From: Dehalococcoidia bacterium
GTDB taxonomy: Bacteria; Chloroflexota; Dehalococcoidia; UBA2979
Assembly (NCBI GenBank): GCA_036013055.1
Contig: DASCQM010000011.1
Coordinates: forward strand, 1,132-65,131
Reading direction: 5' to 3'
DNA length: 64,000 nucleotides
Below the pieces are notes generated by a model. It saw nothing but the letters and a program-made list of their open reading frames with translations. It was not told where the DNA came from and ran no database searches. How positions within the stretch are numbered: the first letter of the stretch is position 1; each line of letters begins with the position of its first letter. Shown here in pieces: positions 20,924-30,076 of this stretch. The position numbers and the translations under genes were made by a program.

Positions 20924-22303
20924 CTACCGGCGGCGCTTACCGCCACCGCCGGCGACACGGCCGGAGCGCTTCTTCGTCTGGCCGAGGCTCCACTCACCAC
21001 GCTTACGGCTGCGCTGTGCGGCACCAACGGTCTTGGCGATGCCGCGCGGCGGGTCCCATGCCTCGAGGTCGAGCAGTCGCGGGTCGTCTGAGGACATCTT
21101 CACGATCTGGATGTCGATGCCGGCCTTCTGCTCGAGCCGGGTGACATCGCGCAGCTGCTCCGGGAGCACCAGCGTGACGACCATGCCCTCCTTGCCCGCG
21201 CGGGCCGTGCGGCCGGAGCGGTGCAGGTAGACCTTGTGATCTTCCGGCGGGTCGAAGTGGACGACGAGGTCGATGTCATCGATGTGCAGCCCGCGCGCCG
21301 CGACGTTGGTCGCAACGAGCACCGGCGCTTTGCCGCTGGCGAACTGCTTCAGCGTCTGCTCGCGCTTGCTCTGCGAGAGGCGGCCGTGGATCGGGACAGC
21401 GTTCAGGCCCTCGCGGCCGAGCTGCTTGGCGAGACGGTCGGCGCCATGCGTGGTGCGCACGAAGACGAGCGCCCGCGCTGCGCCGGCACAGACCTTCGCG
21501 GCAACGACGATCTTATCGGCGGCGGTGACGCGGATAAAGCGCTGCTCAAGCGTGTCGACGGTGGCGTTCTGCGACTCAACCTCGTGATGCACGGGGTCGC
21601 TCTGGTAGCGCTCGATCAGCGTGCCAACCATGCCGTCGAGGGTGGCGGAGTAGAGCAGCGTCTGCGGCTTGGCACCGGTCTGCTGCATGATGCGGTCGAC
21701 CTGCGGGAAGAAGCCCATGTCGGCCATCTGGTCTGCCTCATCGATCACGACGAAGCCGACATCGCGCAGGGAGATCTCCTTGCGCTCGATCAGGTCGTTG
21801 AGACGACCCGGGGTCGCGATCACGATGTCGAGACCCTCCTTCAGCGCCGAGATCTGACGGGGCATCGAGACGCCACCGTAGATTGCGCTGAGCCAGAGGC
21901 CGCGCTCCGCGGCCAGCGGTGTCAGCTCTTCAGCGACCTGATTGGCGAGCTCGCGTGTCGGTACGAGTACGAGCGAGTGCGGACGTCGCGGTCGCGCCGT
22001 CACGGTGCGCTCGACCATCGGCAGGCCGAAGGCCAGCGTCTTGCCGGAGCCGGTCTGCGCCTTGCCGGTCACGTCGCGCCCTTCGAGCGCGTCGGGGATC
22101 GTCATCGCCTGTACCGGGAACGGTTCGGTGATGCCTTGCTCGGCGAGTACGTCCACAAGGTCGTCGGCGATGCCGAGTTCCGCGAACGTCTGGTCTACAG
22201 CGTAGCTGTCGGTCTGGTCGCCGGCGGTCTTCTCGTCATCAATCTGGATGGTGGCCTCGTCTTCGTACTTCTTGGTACGCGGCCTGGATGAAAGTAATGT
22301 CAC
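20924..22303 (-). CDS. DEAD-box ATP-dependent RNA helicase
   Basis: Q motif (FAELG...PFPVQ), AQTGSGKT, PTRELA, DEAD (VIDEAD), SAT, HGRLSQ, HRSGRTARAG, plus a basic RG-rich C-terminal tail. GTG start at 22303. Confidence 0.92.
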   Translation of the reverse strand: MTLLSSRPRTKKYEDEATIQIDDEKTAGDQTDSYAVDQTFAELGIADDLVDVLAEQGITEPFPVQAMTIPDALEGRDVTGKAQTGSGKTLAFGLPMVERTVTARPRRPHSLVLVPTRELANQVAEELTPLAAERGLWLSAIYGGVSMPRQISALKEGLDIVIATPGRLNDLIERKEISLRDVGFVVIDEADQMADMGFFPQVDRIMQQTGAKPQTLLYSATLDGMVGTLIERYQSDPVHHEVESQNATVDTLEQRFIRVTAADKIVVAAKVCAGAARALVFVRTTHGADRLAKQLGREGLNAVPIHGRLSQSKREQTLKQFASGKAPVLVATNVAARGLHIDDIDLVVHFDPPEDHKVYLHRSGRTARAGKEGMVVTLVLPEQLRDVTRLEQKAGIDIQIVKMSSDDPRLLDLEAWDPPRGIAKTVGAAQRSRKRGEWSLGQTKKRSGRVAGGGGKRRR

Positions 22304-22630
22304 TGGTGAGATGGTCCGTTTCCAAAGGCTGTGCTGGTTGTACGAACGTAGTCCGAACCGGAATACCGCTAACGCGGCTCACGGTTCGAAGCAGTGTGAA
22401 CACCCGACAGCCGACGGACGCTCTGCTCGCGTACCACTCAATCCCCGGACACCCGTGCGTCTGATCGCCAACCAAGTCCCGCGTTGGCACCGCCGGGAGC
22501 TCTTCCGGGCATCCACGAGTAAACGTCGAGCAAAGAAGAGGTGAGATGAGAGGAAGGTTCATTCGCCTGACGCTCTACGCCCTGCGAAATCAACTGCAAA
22601 CAGGATAGCACGAATCCACCCGTTTGTGAC
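22304..22630 (-). promoter_or_regulatory. long (about 0.3 kb) non-coding leader/promoter region of the DEAD-box helicase
   Basis: No convincing ORF on either strand, and locally lower GC than the flanks. It lies between the helicase start and the stop of the upstream YkgJ gene. Confidence 0.35.
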
Positions 22631-23179
22631 CTATGGCACTAGTGGTTCACCCTGCCCTACCCCGGCCGCAGCCCCGAGACGCGGGTCGTCGTCAGCTACG
22701 ACGCAGACTCGGTACCAGGTGCAGCGGACCAGCGAATCCGTCGGCAGCCACAGCTCGCCGTGCTCCTCGATGTCGCGTTCGATGTCCGGACCCCACACGG
22801 GATACTCGCCGCACCGCGGCGGCCGCTCTTCGAGATGTCGACCGCAGAGCGCTCGCCCGTCCGGTTGCTCTTCCAGCGCCGAGCATCGGAAGCGTGTCGG
22901 CGTCAGTTCGTGTGCGTCCTCCGGCTGGAAGTCGCGCTCGACCCACTGCTCACCGACCTCCTGAAGCGGGATGATCAGCGCTTCGCCCGACGTCAGTTCG
23001 CGGTACTGCTGCTCCGGGAGCACGCCCCACGTCCAGTAGCCGTTCGTCCGACGCGAGTCGCAGCAGTCGCCGCAGCCGTTGCACTGCATCGCCCGCGCCT
23101 GCTCAAGCGTGACGTACTGCGAGTCGACGTTGCCGCCCGTCGATCGGTTCGTCGAGGCGTCGCTCCCGGCGGCGGTCAC
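22631..23179 (-). CDS. YkgJ-family cysteine-cluster protein (CxxCxxCC)
   Basis: MQCNGCGDCCDSRR is the CxxCxxCC Zn/Fe-chelating motif of the UPF0153/YkgJ family. Additional Cys residues are present downstream. Confidence 0.7.
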   Translation of the reverse strand: MTAAGSDASTNRSTGGNVDSQYVTLEQARAMQCNGCGDCCDSRRTNGYWTWGVLPEQQYRELTSGEALIIPLQEVGEQWVERDFQPEDAHELTPTRFRCSALEEQPDGRALCGRHLEERPPRCGEYPVWGPDIERDIEEHGELWLPTDSLVRCTWYRVCVVADDDPRLGAAAGVGQGEPLVP

Positions 23180-23799
23180 GGGGCGGCCGGCGAATCTTCC
23201 GAGGAGGCACGGTGCAACTTGTGGATCTCGGCGGAGACGACGCCGTTGGTGATGTCGAGCGTCGCGAAGGTGCCGAGGTCGCCGCTCGCGTGCCTGACGC
23301 CCGGTCGCGTCGGGCTGCCCGGGTTGATGAAGAGCACACCCGCGTAGAAGCCGATGTACTCCTCATGGGTGTCGCCGAAACAGACGACATCGACCGGCCC
23401 GCCGAACTTGCGTCGCCACAACTCCTTGAGCGGCATCTCCGGGAACTCCAGCGTCTGCGAGAACCTGATGCCGGGGCTCGGCCAGGCGGGGTCGTGCGTC
23501 ATGCCGATGCGCACGCCATCGATCGTGACAACACGCGTCGCGCCGCCAACGCGGTCGCCTTCCTCGTCCGGGTCGGGATAGCCGCGGATCGCATGCACCG
23601 GCGCGATCGTCTCAAGGTGGTCGAGCACGCCGAGCACGTCGAAGTCGCCGCAATGCAGGATCACGTCGGAGCCCTGCAGCGCCTCGATCAGCTCGGGCGG
23701 CGAACCCCAGCCGTCATCCTGCTGATGCGTATCGGCGACGACCGCGACGCGCGTCACCCGGCGAACACCTGACGCGTGGGTTCGTCGCGAACCCGGCAA
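23176..23799 (-). CDS. metallophosphoesterase (YfcE/MJ0936-like)
   Basis: VAVVADTH, HCGDF, GMTHD, FGDTHE, INPGS: the phosphoesterase metal-binding motif series. Overlaps the downstream gene by 4 nt. Confidence 0.8.
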   Translation of the reverse strand: MPGSRRTHASGVRRVTRVAVVADTHQQDDGWGSPPELIEALQGSDVILHCGDFDVLGVLDHLETIAPVHAIRGYPDPDEEGDRVGGATRVVTIDGVRIGMTHDPAWPSPGIRFSQTLEFPEMPLKELWRRKFGGPVDVVCFGDTHEEYIGFYAGVLFINPGSPTRPGVRHASGDLGTFATLDITNGVVSAEIHKLHRASSEDSPAAP

Positions 23800-23899
23800 G
23801 TCGAACTCGATGCGTGGGGGGCCATGGCGATCTTTCGCTGCGGTATGGGGTGCGCACGCAGTCTAGCGGCTACGACGGACCGTCGAGGGCGGGGCTGCG

Positions 23900-25015
23900 T
23901 CAGCGGGCCGTGAAGCCGGACCAGATGTCGAGGACAGGCTTGGGGGTGCCGTCGTTCAGCCGCAGCGCGACGCTCTCGAATGCTGGCCCGCCAACGTCGC
24001 CGAGGTCGTGCTGGAACGACCAGAGCGCGAATCGTACGTCGAGCCCCCCGATCAGCTGTGCGAAGCGCAGCGCGAACGCGATCTGCTCGTCGGCCGACCC
24101 GCCGTACTCGGAGTCGGGAGCCGTCGAAAGCGGGCGCGACGGCCACCCGAGCTCCGTGAACGCGATCGGGAGATCCGCGCGCGCCGCCAGCTCGGCGTAG
24201 TAGTCGTCCGGCAGGTCAGACGGCGCACCGTAGTCGAAGTACGGGTGGGACGAGATAGCGATGAAGTCGATGCTGCCATTGAAGCGGTCGATCAGTTCCC
24301 AGCGAGGCTCGTGCGTCTCGCCGGAGAGGAAGCCGCCTCCGCGCAAGAATTCGAACTGGAAGCCGGTGCCGACCTCCGTCTCGGGAGAGGCCTCGTTCAC
24401 CGCTGCGTAGAGTTCTGGCCAGGCGGTGGCGAAGGCGTTGAACGCGGCGGGGAATTGCTCCCACAGGCGGTTCACCTCTGCGCCGATCACGATGAACGGC
24501 GGTTGCTGCTCACGGGCGATCGCGACTGCGGTGCGGGTGTAGCGCTTAACCGCCTCCTGATCCGCCCAATCGATGGTGGGGTCGACCTTCCCGGTGCGCA
24601 CATCCTCGGTAAACGTGCCGAGACCGACGACCGCCGAGAAGTTGTACTGGCGAGCTGCGGCTGCGCCAGCCTGGAAGACCTCCGGGATCTCACCCTGGGT
24701 CGCAATGTCGTCGAACCATCCGCCGTAGACGCCGAGCAGCGGCCCGCTCTCGTCGAGCCCCTCATACAGCGCGACCCAGTCCGCAGCCTCGCTACTGGGG
24801 AAATTGCGCGGGATCAGCCCCGCTGCGCCGAACTGCGTGCGAGCGGCTGCTGCGGCCTCGGCGTCGGTGACGACGCCCCCCGCGATGATTACGGCGACCG
24901 CGGAGTCTGCGGGCGCAGCGTCGGATGCGGTCTCGTCCGTGGCGGCGTCACACGCGGCCAGTAGCAGCGAGGCGGCGGCGAGGATCAGTGCGGTCAGGAC
25001 TCGCGAGCGGGTCAT
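23900..25015 (-). CDS. lipoprotein, putative TIM-barrel glycoside hydrolase-like protein
   Basis: MTRSRVLTALILAAASLLLAAC is a signal peptide with lipobox. IGAEVN (candidate acid/base Glu) and AFTELGWPS (candidate nucleophile Glu) resemble clan GH-A enzymes. The function call is weak. Confidence 0.45.
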   Translation of the reverse strand: MTRSRVLTALILAAASLLLAACDAATDETASDAAPADSAVAVIIAGGVVTDAEAAAAARTQFGAAGLIPRNFPSSEAADWVALYEGLDESGPLLGVYGGWFDDIATQGEIPEVFQAGAAAARQYNFSAVVGLGTFTEDVRTGKVDPTIDWADQEAVKRYTRTAVAIAREQQPPFIVIGAEVNRLWEQFPAAFNAFATAWPELYAAVNEASPETEVGTGFQFEFLRGGGFLSGETHEPRWELIDRFNGSIDFIAISSHPYFDYGAPSDLPDDYYAELAARADLPIAFTELGWPSRPLSTAPDSEYGGSADEQIAFALRFAQLIGGLDVRFALWSFQHDLGDVGGPAFESVALRLNDGTPKPVLDIWSGFTAR

Positions 25016-25110
25016 GGCCTCACCGTACAGGAGCAGGCGGGCACCAGAAACTTGACGCGCGATCAGGGACGTCGATGGTGTCGGCGCGCTGCGGTTAGCG
25101 GCCGTCCGGC

Positions 25111-25635
25111 ATGCTCAGCGTCGTACCTGCGTTGGAGAGCATGAACAGCGCGTCGAGGTGGTCGACGGTGATGAAGTCGCTGAATGCGGACGGGACACCG
25201 GGCAGGAAGATCTCCCAGCTCTGGTCGACCGAGGCGATACGGCTGATCGAGGGGGCATTCCGGGCGCTTGAGGCCGGTGGGCAGTTGCTGTTGGAGCCGC
25301 AGACCTTCGCGGTCGTGAGAGGCGAGCAGGATGCCGAAACATCGTGGTACTCAGCTTCGGCAGGGCTCTTCTCGTCAGAGCCGCATTTCGTACTCACGGA
25401 GCGCTTCTGGGACGAAGCTACGACGAGTTCGACGCAACGGTTCCTCGTGATCGATGCCGCGACCGGCAACATTGCCCAGCATGCGCTGACGAGTGAGGCC
25501 TACACCGACGATCAGCTCTTGGAGTTGCTTGCGGCAGCCGGATTCGAGGATGTGCGGCTGCTCCCCTCGCTGACCGGCGTCGAGGATGCCAATCAGGCCG
25601 CGTTTCAGGTTGTCGTCGCGCGCAAGCCCGCCTGA
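25111..25635 (+). pseudogene. 5'-truncated SAM-dependent methyltransferase remnant
   Basis: Only the C-terminal two thirds look methyltransferase-like (RALEAGGQLLLEP..., YTDDQLLELLAAAGFEDVRL). No GxGxG SAM motif is present. An in-frame TAG lies at 25096-25098, and the first roughly 35 codons are not protein-like. Confidence 0.45.
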
Positions 25636-25639
25636 GCCG

Positions 25640-26080
25640 TCAGGATGGCAACGCACGCTCGATCTGGTCGAGGTGCTCCTCGCGGTGCCCCCAGCGACCG
25701 ACCATGTAGCTATCGTCTGAGTTGAGAATCGCCGCACGAGCGTCCGGCGCGAGATTGGCGGCCACCTCATCGACCGCCGTCGCAGCGCTGACGGCGAGCT
25801 GTGCGACCGGTCGAGGGTCGGCAAGCACCGCCAGCCGCTCCAGGGCGGCGTTCACGGCGTCGTCACTGGCACCGCCGAGGAGTTCACCGGTCTCGGTGTA
25901 GTGGTGGAGCGCGGCCGCCTGACGGGTGTCCCAGAAGCCGAGGTGCGCGAGCGCGACCGCGACCGTCCAGCCACCGCCCAGCGAGATCCTCAGGTCCTCG
26001 TCGCTCAGCTTCGCGACAAGTTCGCGCAATCGCCGCGTCGATTCCGCGTTGTGCTGAAGATCCGTGTCGTCCGTCGTCAT
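25640..26080 (-). CDS. DinB-superfamily / maleylpyruvate-isomerase N-terminal-domain protein
   Basis: 146 aa four-helix pattern with WTVAVALAHLGFWD and a C-terminal HREEHLDQI (His ligands typical of DinB_2). Confidence 0.55.
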   Translation of the reverse strand: MTTDDTDLQHNAESTRRLRELVAKLSDEDLRISLGGGWTVAVALAHLGFWDTRQAAALHHYTETGELLGGASDDAVNAALERLAVLADPRPVAQLAVSAATAVDEVAANLAPDARAAILNSDDSYMVGRWGHREEHLDQIERALPS

Positions 26081-26141
26081 GTCAGCCCCCTACCTCTTCC
26101 GGTGATCGCTCGGGCAACCATGCTACCGGGGATGCAGACTG

Positions 26142-26669
26142 CTAGCTCGTGCCGCCCTCGCCTGCCGGGGGCTCACTCCCCGTGTGGCCCGCGAGCGTTC
26201 GAGCGTGCTCGATCAGCCCGTCGACGTCGAACAGCTCCGCCTCGATGTTCATGTGCTCGCCCGTCGCCGGTCGGATGCGCCATTGAATCGAATCGTAGTC
26301 AGCATCCTCGATCTCGACCGTCGCATCCCAGCGCACAGTGACCAGCTCCCGCCCCTCGTGCAGCGCGACCGCCGCCTCGCGCGTTAGCACCACCGCCGTG
26401 GCCGTGCGACGCCACGTCACCGCCACGACCGGCAGCAGCACGACGGTCACGCCGAAGGCGAAGAGCCCGAAGCCCAGCGCCTCAGCCGACGACACCACGA
26501 GCCCCGCCACCGTCGAGACCAGCCCGACGAGGAAGGGCAGCACGAACGAGGCGTTGTTCCACCAGTGCGACTGGGTGACGTGAACGCTGACCACGTCGCT
26601 CATCGCCTCGATGGCGCGCGCGTCCGACGTCCGCACCTCGGGAACTGCCTCCGCAGGCGATTCATTCAT
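26142..26669 (-). CDS. hypothetical membrane protein (2 TM helices plus a soluble C-terminal domain)
   Basis: Hydrophobic hairpin FVLPFLVGLVSTVAGLVVS...FGLFAFGVTVVLLPVVAV. No family recognised. Confidence 0.5.
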   Translation of the reverse strand: MNESPAEAVPEVRTSDARAIEAMSDVVSVHVTQSHWWNNASFVLPFLVGLVSTVAGLVVSSAEALGFGLFAFGVTVVLLPVVAVTWRRTATAVVLTREAAVALHEGRELVTVRWDATVEIEDADYDSIQWRIRPATGEHMNIEAELFDVDGLIEHARTLAGHTGSEPPAGEGGTS

Positions 26670-26731
26670 CGGAAAACTCTATCAGCGACAACTGATGAGG
26701 TCGCCGCCCTGCCCGGCCGTATAATCCCGCG

Positions 26732-27481
26732 ATGACCGCGCTCTACGACACGCTCGGACTGAACTACTCGCAGTGGCGACGCCCCGACGCGCGAATTGCC
26801 GAAGCGATCCACGCCGCGCTCGGAGACGCGCGCTCCGTCGTCAACGTCGGTGCCGGCACCGGCTCCTACGAGCCGGCGGACCGTGACGTCACCTCCGTCG
26901 AGCCATCGCCCGTGATGGTCGCCCAGCGGCCCGCAGACGTCGCTCCGGCCGTGCGAGCGGTGGCTGAGGCATTGCCCTTCGCTGCAGATTCGTTCGATGC
27001 CTCGCTGGCGGTGCTGACACTCCACCACTGGCCCGACTGGCGGGCGGGCGCGGCGGAACTGAAGCGCGTCGCGCGTGGGCGTGCCGTCGTATTCACGCAT
27101 GACTGGGCTGCGACGTCGTTCCTCGACTTCTGGCTGCTCCGCGACTACCTGCCGAGCCTGGTTGAAGCGGGCAGCAAGGGCGCCCCGCCGATCGACGAGC
27201 TGTGTGCGCTGCTCGGCGGATCAGCCGAGGTCGTGCCGGTGCCGGCGGACTGCGCAGACGGCTTTCTCTCCGCCTACTGGCAGCGTCCGGAGGTCTATCT
27301 GGACGAGGCTGCACGCGCGGCGATCTCGGCCTTCCACTGGATTCCAGACGACCTCCGCGAGTCCGGCGTACAGCGACTGGAAGCCGATCTTGCGAGCGGC
27401 GCGTGGGCCGATCGCAACGCCAACCTGCTCGACCTTGATGCGCTCGACCTCGGCTACCGGCTGATCGTCGCGGACGTCTAA
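26732..27481 (+). CDS. class I SAM-dependent methyltransferase
   Basis: VVNVGAGTGSYEP motif I, DVTSVEPS, LPFAADSFDASLAVLTLHH (type-11-like). Confidence 0.75.
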   Translation: MTALYDTLGLNYSQWRRPDARIAEAIHAALGDARSVVNVGAGTGSYEPADRDVTSVEPSPVMVAQRPADVAPAVRAVAEALPFAADSFDASLAVLTLHHWPDWRAGAAELKRVARGRAVVFTHDWAATSFLDFWLLRDYLPSLVEAGSKGAPPIDELCALLGGSAEVVPVPADCADGFLSAYWQRPEVYLDEAARAAISAFHWIPDDLRESGVQRLEADLASGAWADRNANLLDLDALDLGYRLIVADV

Positions 27482-27605
27482 GCAGGTTGGCTGCACGTAG
27501 CCGTCGAACGATCCCGCGTACTGCTCTCTGCCCCGCTCTCGACGTGCAGCGAGCGACCGATCGCGTACACTCCGCGCGATTCAGACGACAGATACGCGAG
27601 GAACC

Positions 27606-28388
27606 ATGCAGAAGACCACCATCCACGAATCGATGACGTCGGCCGTCGCCGACATTCCCGACGGGATCATGCTGATGATCGGCGGATTCGCCGGCGCTGG
27701 CTTCCCGTGGAACCTGTTGACGGCGCTCTACAACCAGGGCGCGAAGGACCTCACCACCGTCTCGAACGGCGTCGGCTTCCCGTCCGACCGCGAGGACGCA
27801 CGAGGGCTCGGTGACTTCGTCGTCGATGGGCGCGTGAAGAAGGTGATCGCCTCCTTCACCGCTGCCACGCGACCCTCGCGCCCCGGTACCGCCGAGGTCG
27901 CGATCCGCTCCGGCGAGATGGAAGCGGACCTCTCACCTCAGGGCACGCTCGCCGAGCGCATTCGCTCCGGCGGCGCAGGCATTCCCGCCTTCTACACGCC
28001 CGCAGCGGTCGGTACCCGCGTCGCCGAGGGCAAGGAAGTGCGGACGTTTGACGGCCGCGACTATGTGATGGAGACGGCGCTCTTCGCCGATTACGCCTTC
28101 ATTCGCGCGTCGAGAGCAGATACAGCCGGGAATCTCGTCTTCCGACGCTCGGCACAGAACTTCAACGACCCGATGGCGATGGCTGCCGAGCACGTGATCG
28201 TCGAGGTCGAGCATCCGATCGTTCCGGCCGGCGAGATCGACCCGGACCACATCCACCTGCCGGGCGTCTACGTCGAACGCCTCGTCCAGATCCCGGAAGA
28301 CGGCATCATCCGAGTTCAGCGGCAGGCGACGCAGTCGCCGGCGGCAGCGGCGGCCGAACAGGCATCCGCCGCAGTCGCGAGAGGGTAG
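27606..28388 (+). CDS. 3-oxoacid CoA-transferase subunit A (family I)
   Basis: IPDGIMLMIGGFAGAGFPWNL, SNGVG, PQGTLAERIRSGGAGIPAFYTP: ScoA/AtoD pattern. Confidence 0.85.
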   Translation: MQKTTIHESMTSAVADIPDGIMLMIGGFAGAGFPWNLLTALYNQGAKDLTTVSNGVGFPSDREDARGLGDFVVDGRVKKVIASFTAATRPSRPGTAEVAIRSGEMEADLSPQGTLAERIRSGGAGIPAFYTPAAVGTRVAEGKEVRTFDGRDYVMETALFADYAFIRASRADTAGNLVFRRSAQNFNDPMAMAAEHVIVEVEHPIVPAGEIDPDHIHLPGVYVERLVQIPEDGIIRVQRQATQSPAAAAAEQASAAVARG

Positions 28389-28392
28389 AGCG

Positions 28393-29070
28393 ATGGCCGA
28401 TCAGCAACCACTGACACGCGAACAGATTGCCGCCGTGATCGCGCGGTACCTCGAACCCGGCTGGATGGTGAACCTCGGCGTCGGCATGCCGATGATGGTC
28501 TCCAACTTCGTCTTCCCTGAGCAGGACATCATGTTCAGCTCCGAGAACGGGCTGATCGGCTACAGCGGTGCGGCGCCCCAGGGCGAGGAGGACTGGGACA
28601 CCGTCAACGCGGGCGGGCGGCCGATGACGATCGTCCCCGGCGCAACCGCCGTGCACCACGCCGACTCGTTCGCGATGATCCGCCGCGGGCTGATCGATGT
28701 CACCGTGCTCGGTGCATACGAGGTGGCGCTCGACGGCTCATTCGCCAACTGGAAGACGAACAACGACGAATTCAGCAACCTCGGCGGCATCGGCGGCGCG
28801 ATGGACCTCGCTGCTAGTGCGCAGCAGGTCTGGGTGACGATGGACCACACGACGCGCGATGGGCAGCCACGGCTGCTGGAGCAGTGCCAGCTTCCGGTCA
28901 CGGCACCATCGGGGGCCACGCTCGTCGTCACCGACCGCGCGGTGGTCGCGGTGCGCGACGGCAGCTTCGAGCTGCTTGAACACGCGCCCGGCTTCAGCGT
29001 CGAGGAGATCCAGGCGGCGACGGGAGCACCGCTGGCGATCAGCCCGGATCTCCACCAGATCGCGGTCTAG
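28393..29070 (+). CDS. 3-oxoacid CoA-transferase subunit B (family I)
   Basis: VNLGVGMP, and FSSENGLIGY carrying the catalytic SENG Glu; GGAMDL. Starts 5 nt after subunit A. Confidence 0.85.
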   Translation: MADQQPLTREQIAAVIARYLEPGWMVNLGVGMPMMVSNFVFPEQDIMFSSENGLIGYSGAAPQGEEDWDTVNAGGRPMTIVPGATAVHHADSFAMIRRGLIDVTVLGAYEVALDGSFANWKTNNDEFSNLGGIGGAMDLAASAQQVWVTMDHTTRDGQPRLLEQCQLPVTAPSGATLVVTDRAVVAVRDGSFELLEHAPGFSVEEIQAATGAPLAISPDLHQIAV

Positions 29071-29102
29071 CGGGCAGCGTCCGTCACAGCCGGTGCGGTG
29101 GG

Positions 29103-30059
29103 CTACTCGTCGATGAGAGCGAAGTATCGCCCGGCGGGCTGGTCCGGATCCGGTCGGTAGACGTAGCTGCCACCGGGCGTCAGCGCCTCCTCGTACAGCA
29201 CTTCCTCGCGGCCATCGAACGTGATCGACAGCGCGTAGTTCTCCGTGACCGGCAGGTAGAACTTCGCGATGCCCTTGCGATTGGTTCGCGAGGTGTTCAG
29301 ACCCGCCACCAGTACCTCGGCGCCCGCGACCGGTTGGTCGTTCTCATCAAGCACCAGCAGCCGTGCGGTGCGTGACGGGACGAAGTGGACGAGGAAGAAC
29401 TGTTTCAGCGGCCCGGCACGACCGGGAACGGACCCCGGCGGCATGTTGTCGAGCACGTCCTTCTCGTAGCCCACCCGCTTCGGCGTGACCCAGTCCGGGC
29501 CGTACTTGTACTCGAGGTACTCCTCGGGCGGGTTCGGGATGCGATAGGAACCGCCGTTGAACTCAACCTCGGCGAAGTCGGTGAAGAGGTGAATCGGGAA
29601 CGGCACGCCCGGGTAGTGGGCGATCGTGCCCTCCACGACGCGGTAGCACTGCCAGTCGATCTTGATGCGGTACTTCATGATCCGCACCGACGAATAGAGC
29701 CCGTCGTGCTCGACCTCGACGTAGCAGCCACCGGCGCGCAGCGCCTCTACCGCGGGGTCGATGTCGTCGAGGGTGAAGCCGTGCATGTCGATGATCGAAC
29801 CGAGGTCGAGGTCGTCGTCCCACTCGATCAGCGCGTGGTCGCGGTACGCGCCGAGACACGTCCCCTGCCGCAGGAAGAAGACCACGCCGAGCGCGTCGAA
29901 GATCTCCTTTACCTCGTGGAGCAGCTTCGCGGCGTTGCTCAAGTCCATCGGCGGGATCGTGCGTTCGAGGTGCAGCATCAGCGCGGAGTTCTCGGCGTCG
30001 GTCGCCTCGATGCCGTCGTCGTTGGGGTGCTCGGGAGGCGGCAGGGTCTTGTCGGTCAT
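29103..30059 (-). CDS. LicD-family phosphotransferase with a C-terminal beta-sandwich (carboxypeptidase-regulatory-like) domain
   Basis: ORF 29103..30182 trimmed to ATG 30059. FFLRQGTCLGAYRDHALIEWDDDLDLG is the LicD signature including DxD. The tail RLLVLDENDQPVAGAEVLVAGLNTSRTNRKGIAKFYLP looks like a CarboxypepD_reg-type fold. Confidence 0.75.
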   Translation of the reverse strand: MTDKTLPPPEHPNDDGIEATDAENSALMLHLERTIPPMDLSNAAKLLHEVKEIFDALGVVFFLRQGTCLGAYRDHALIEWDDDLDLGSIIDMHGFTLDDIDPAVEALRAGGCYVEVEHDGLYSSVRIMKYRIKIDWQCYRVVEGTIAHYPGVPFPIHLFTDFAEVEFNGGSYRIPNPPEEYLEYKYGPDWVTPKRVGYEKDVLDNMPPGSVPGRAGPLKQFFLVHFVPSRTARLLVLDENDQPVAGAEVLVAGLNTSRTNRKGIAKFYLPVTENYALSITFDGREEVLYEEALTPGGSYVYRPDPDQPAGRYFALIDE

Positions 30060-30076
30060 CGAGCGGCTGCGGGCGG

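Noticed and set aside
25095-25472. ORF 25095..25472(-) as a real gene opposite the methyltransferase remnant.
   Set aside because: Only its last roughly 30 codons look protein-like, and the rest is low-complexity Ser/Ala/Pro. It is treated as part of the rearrangement scar, not as a gene.
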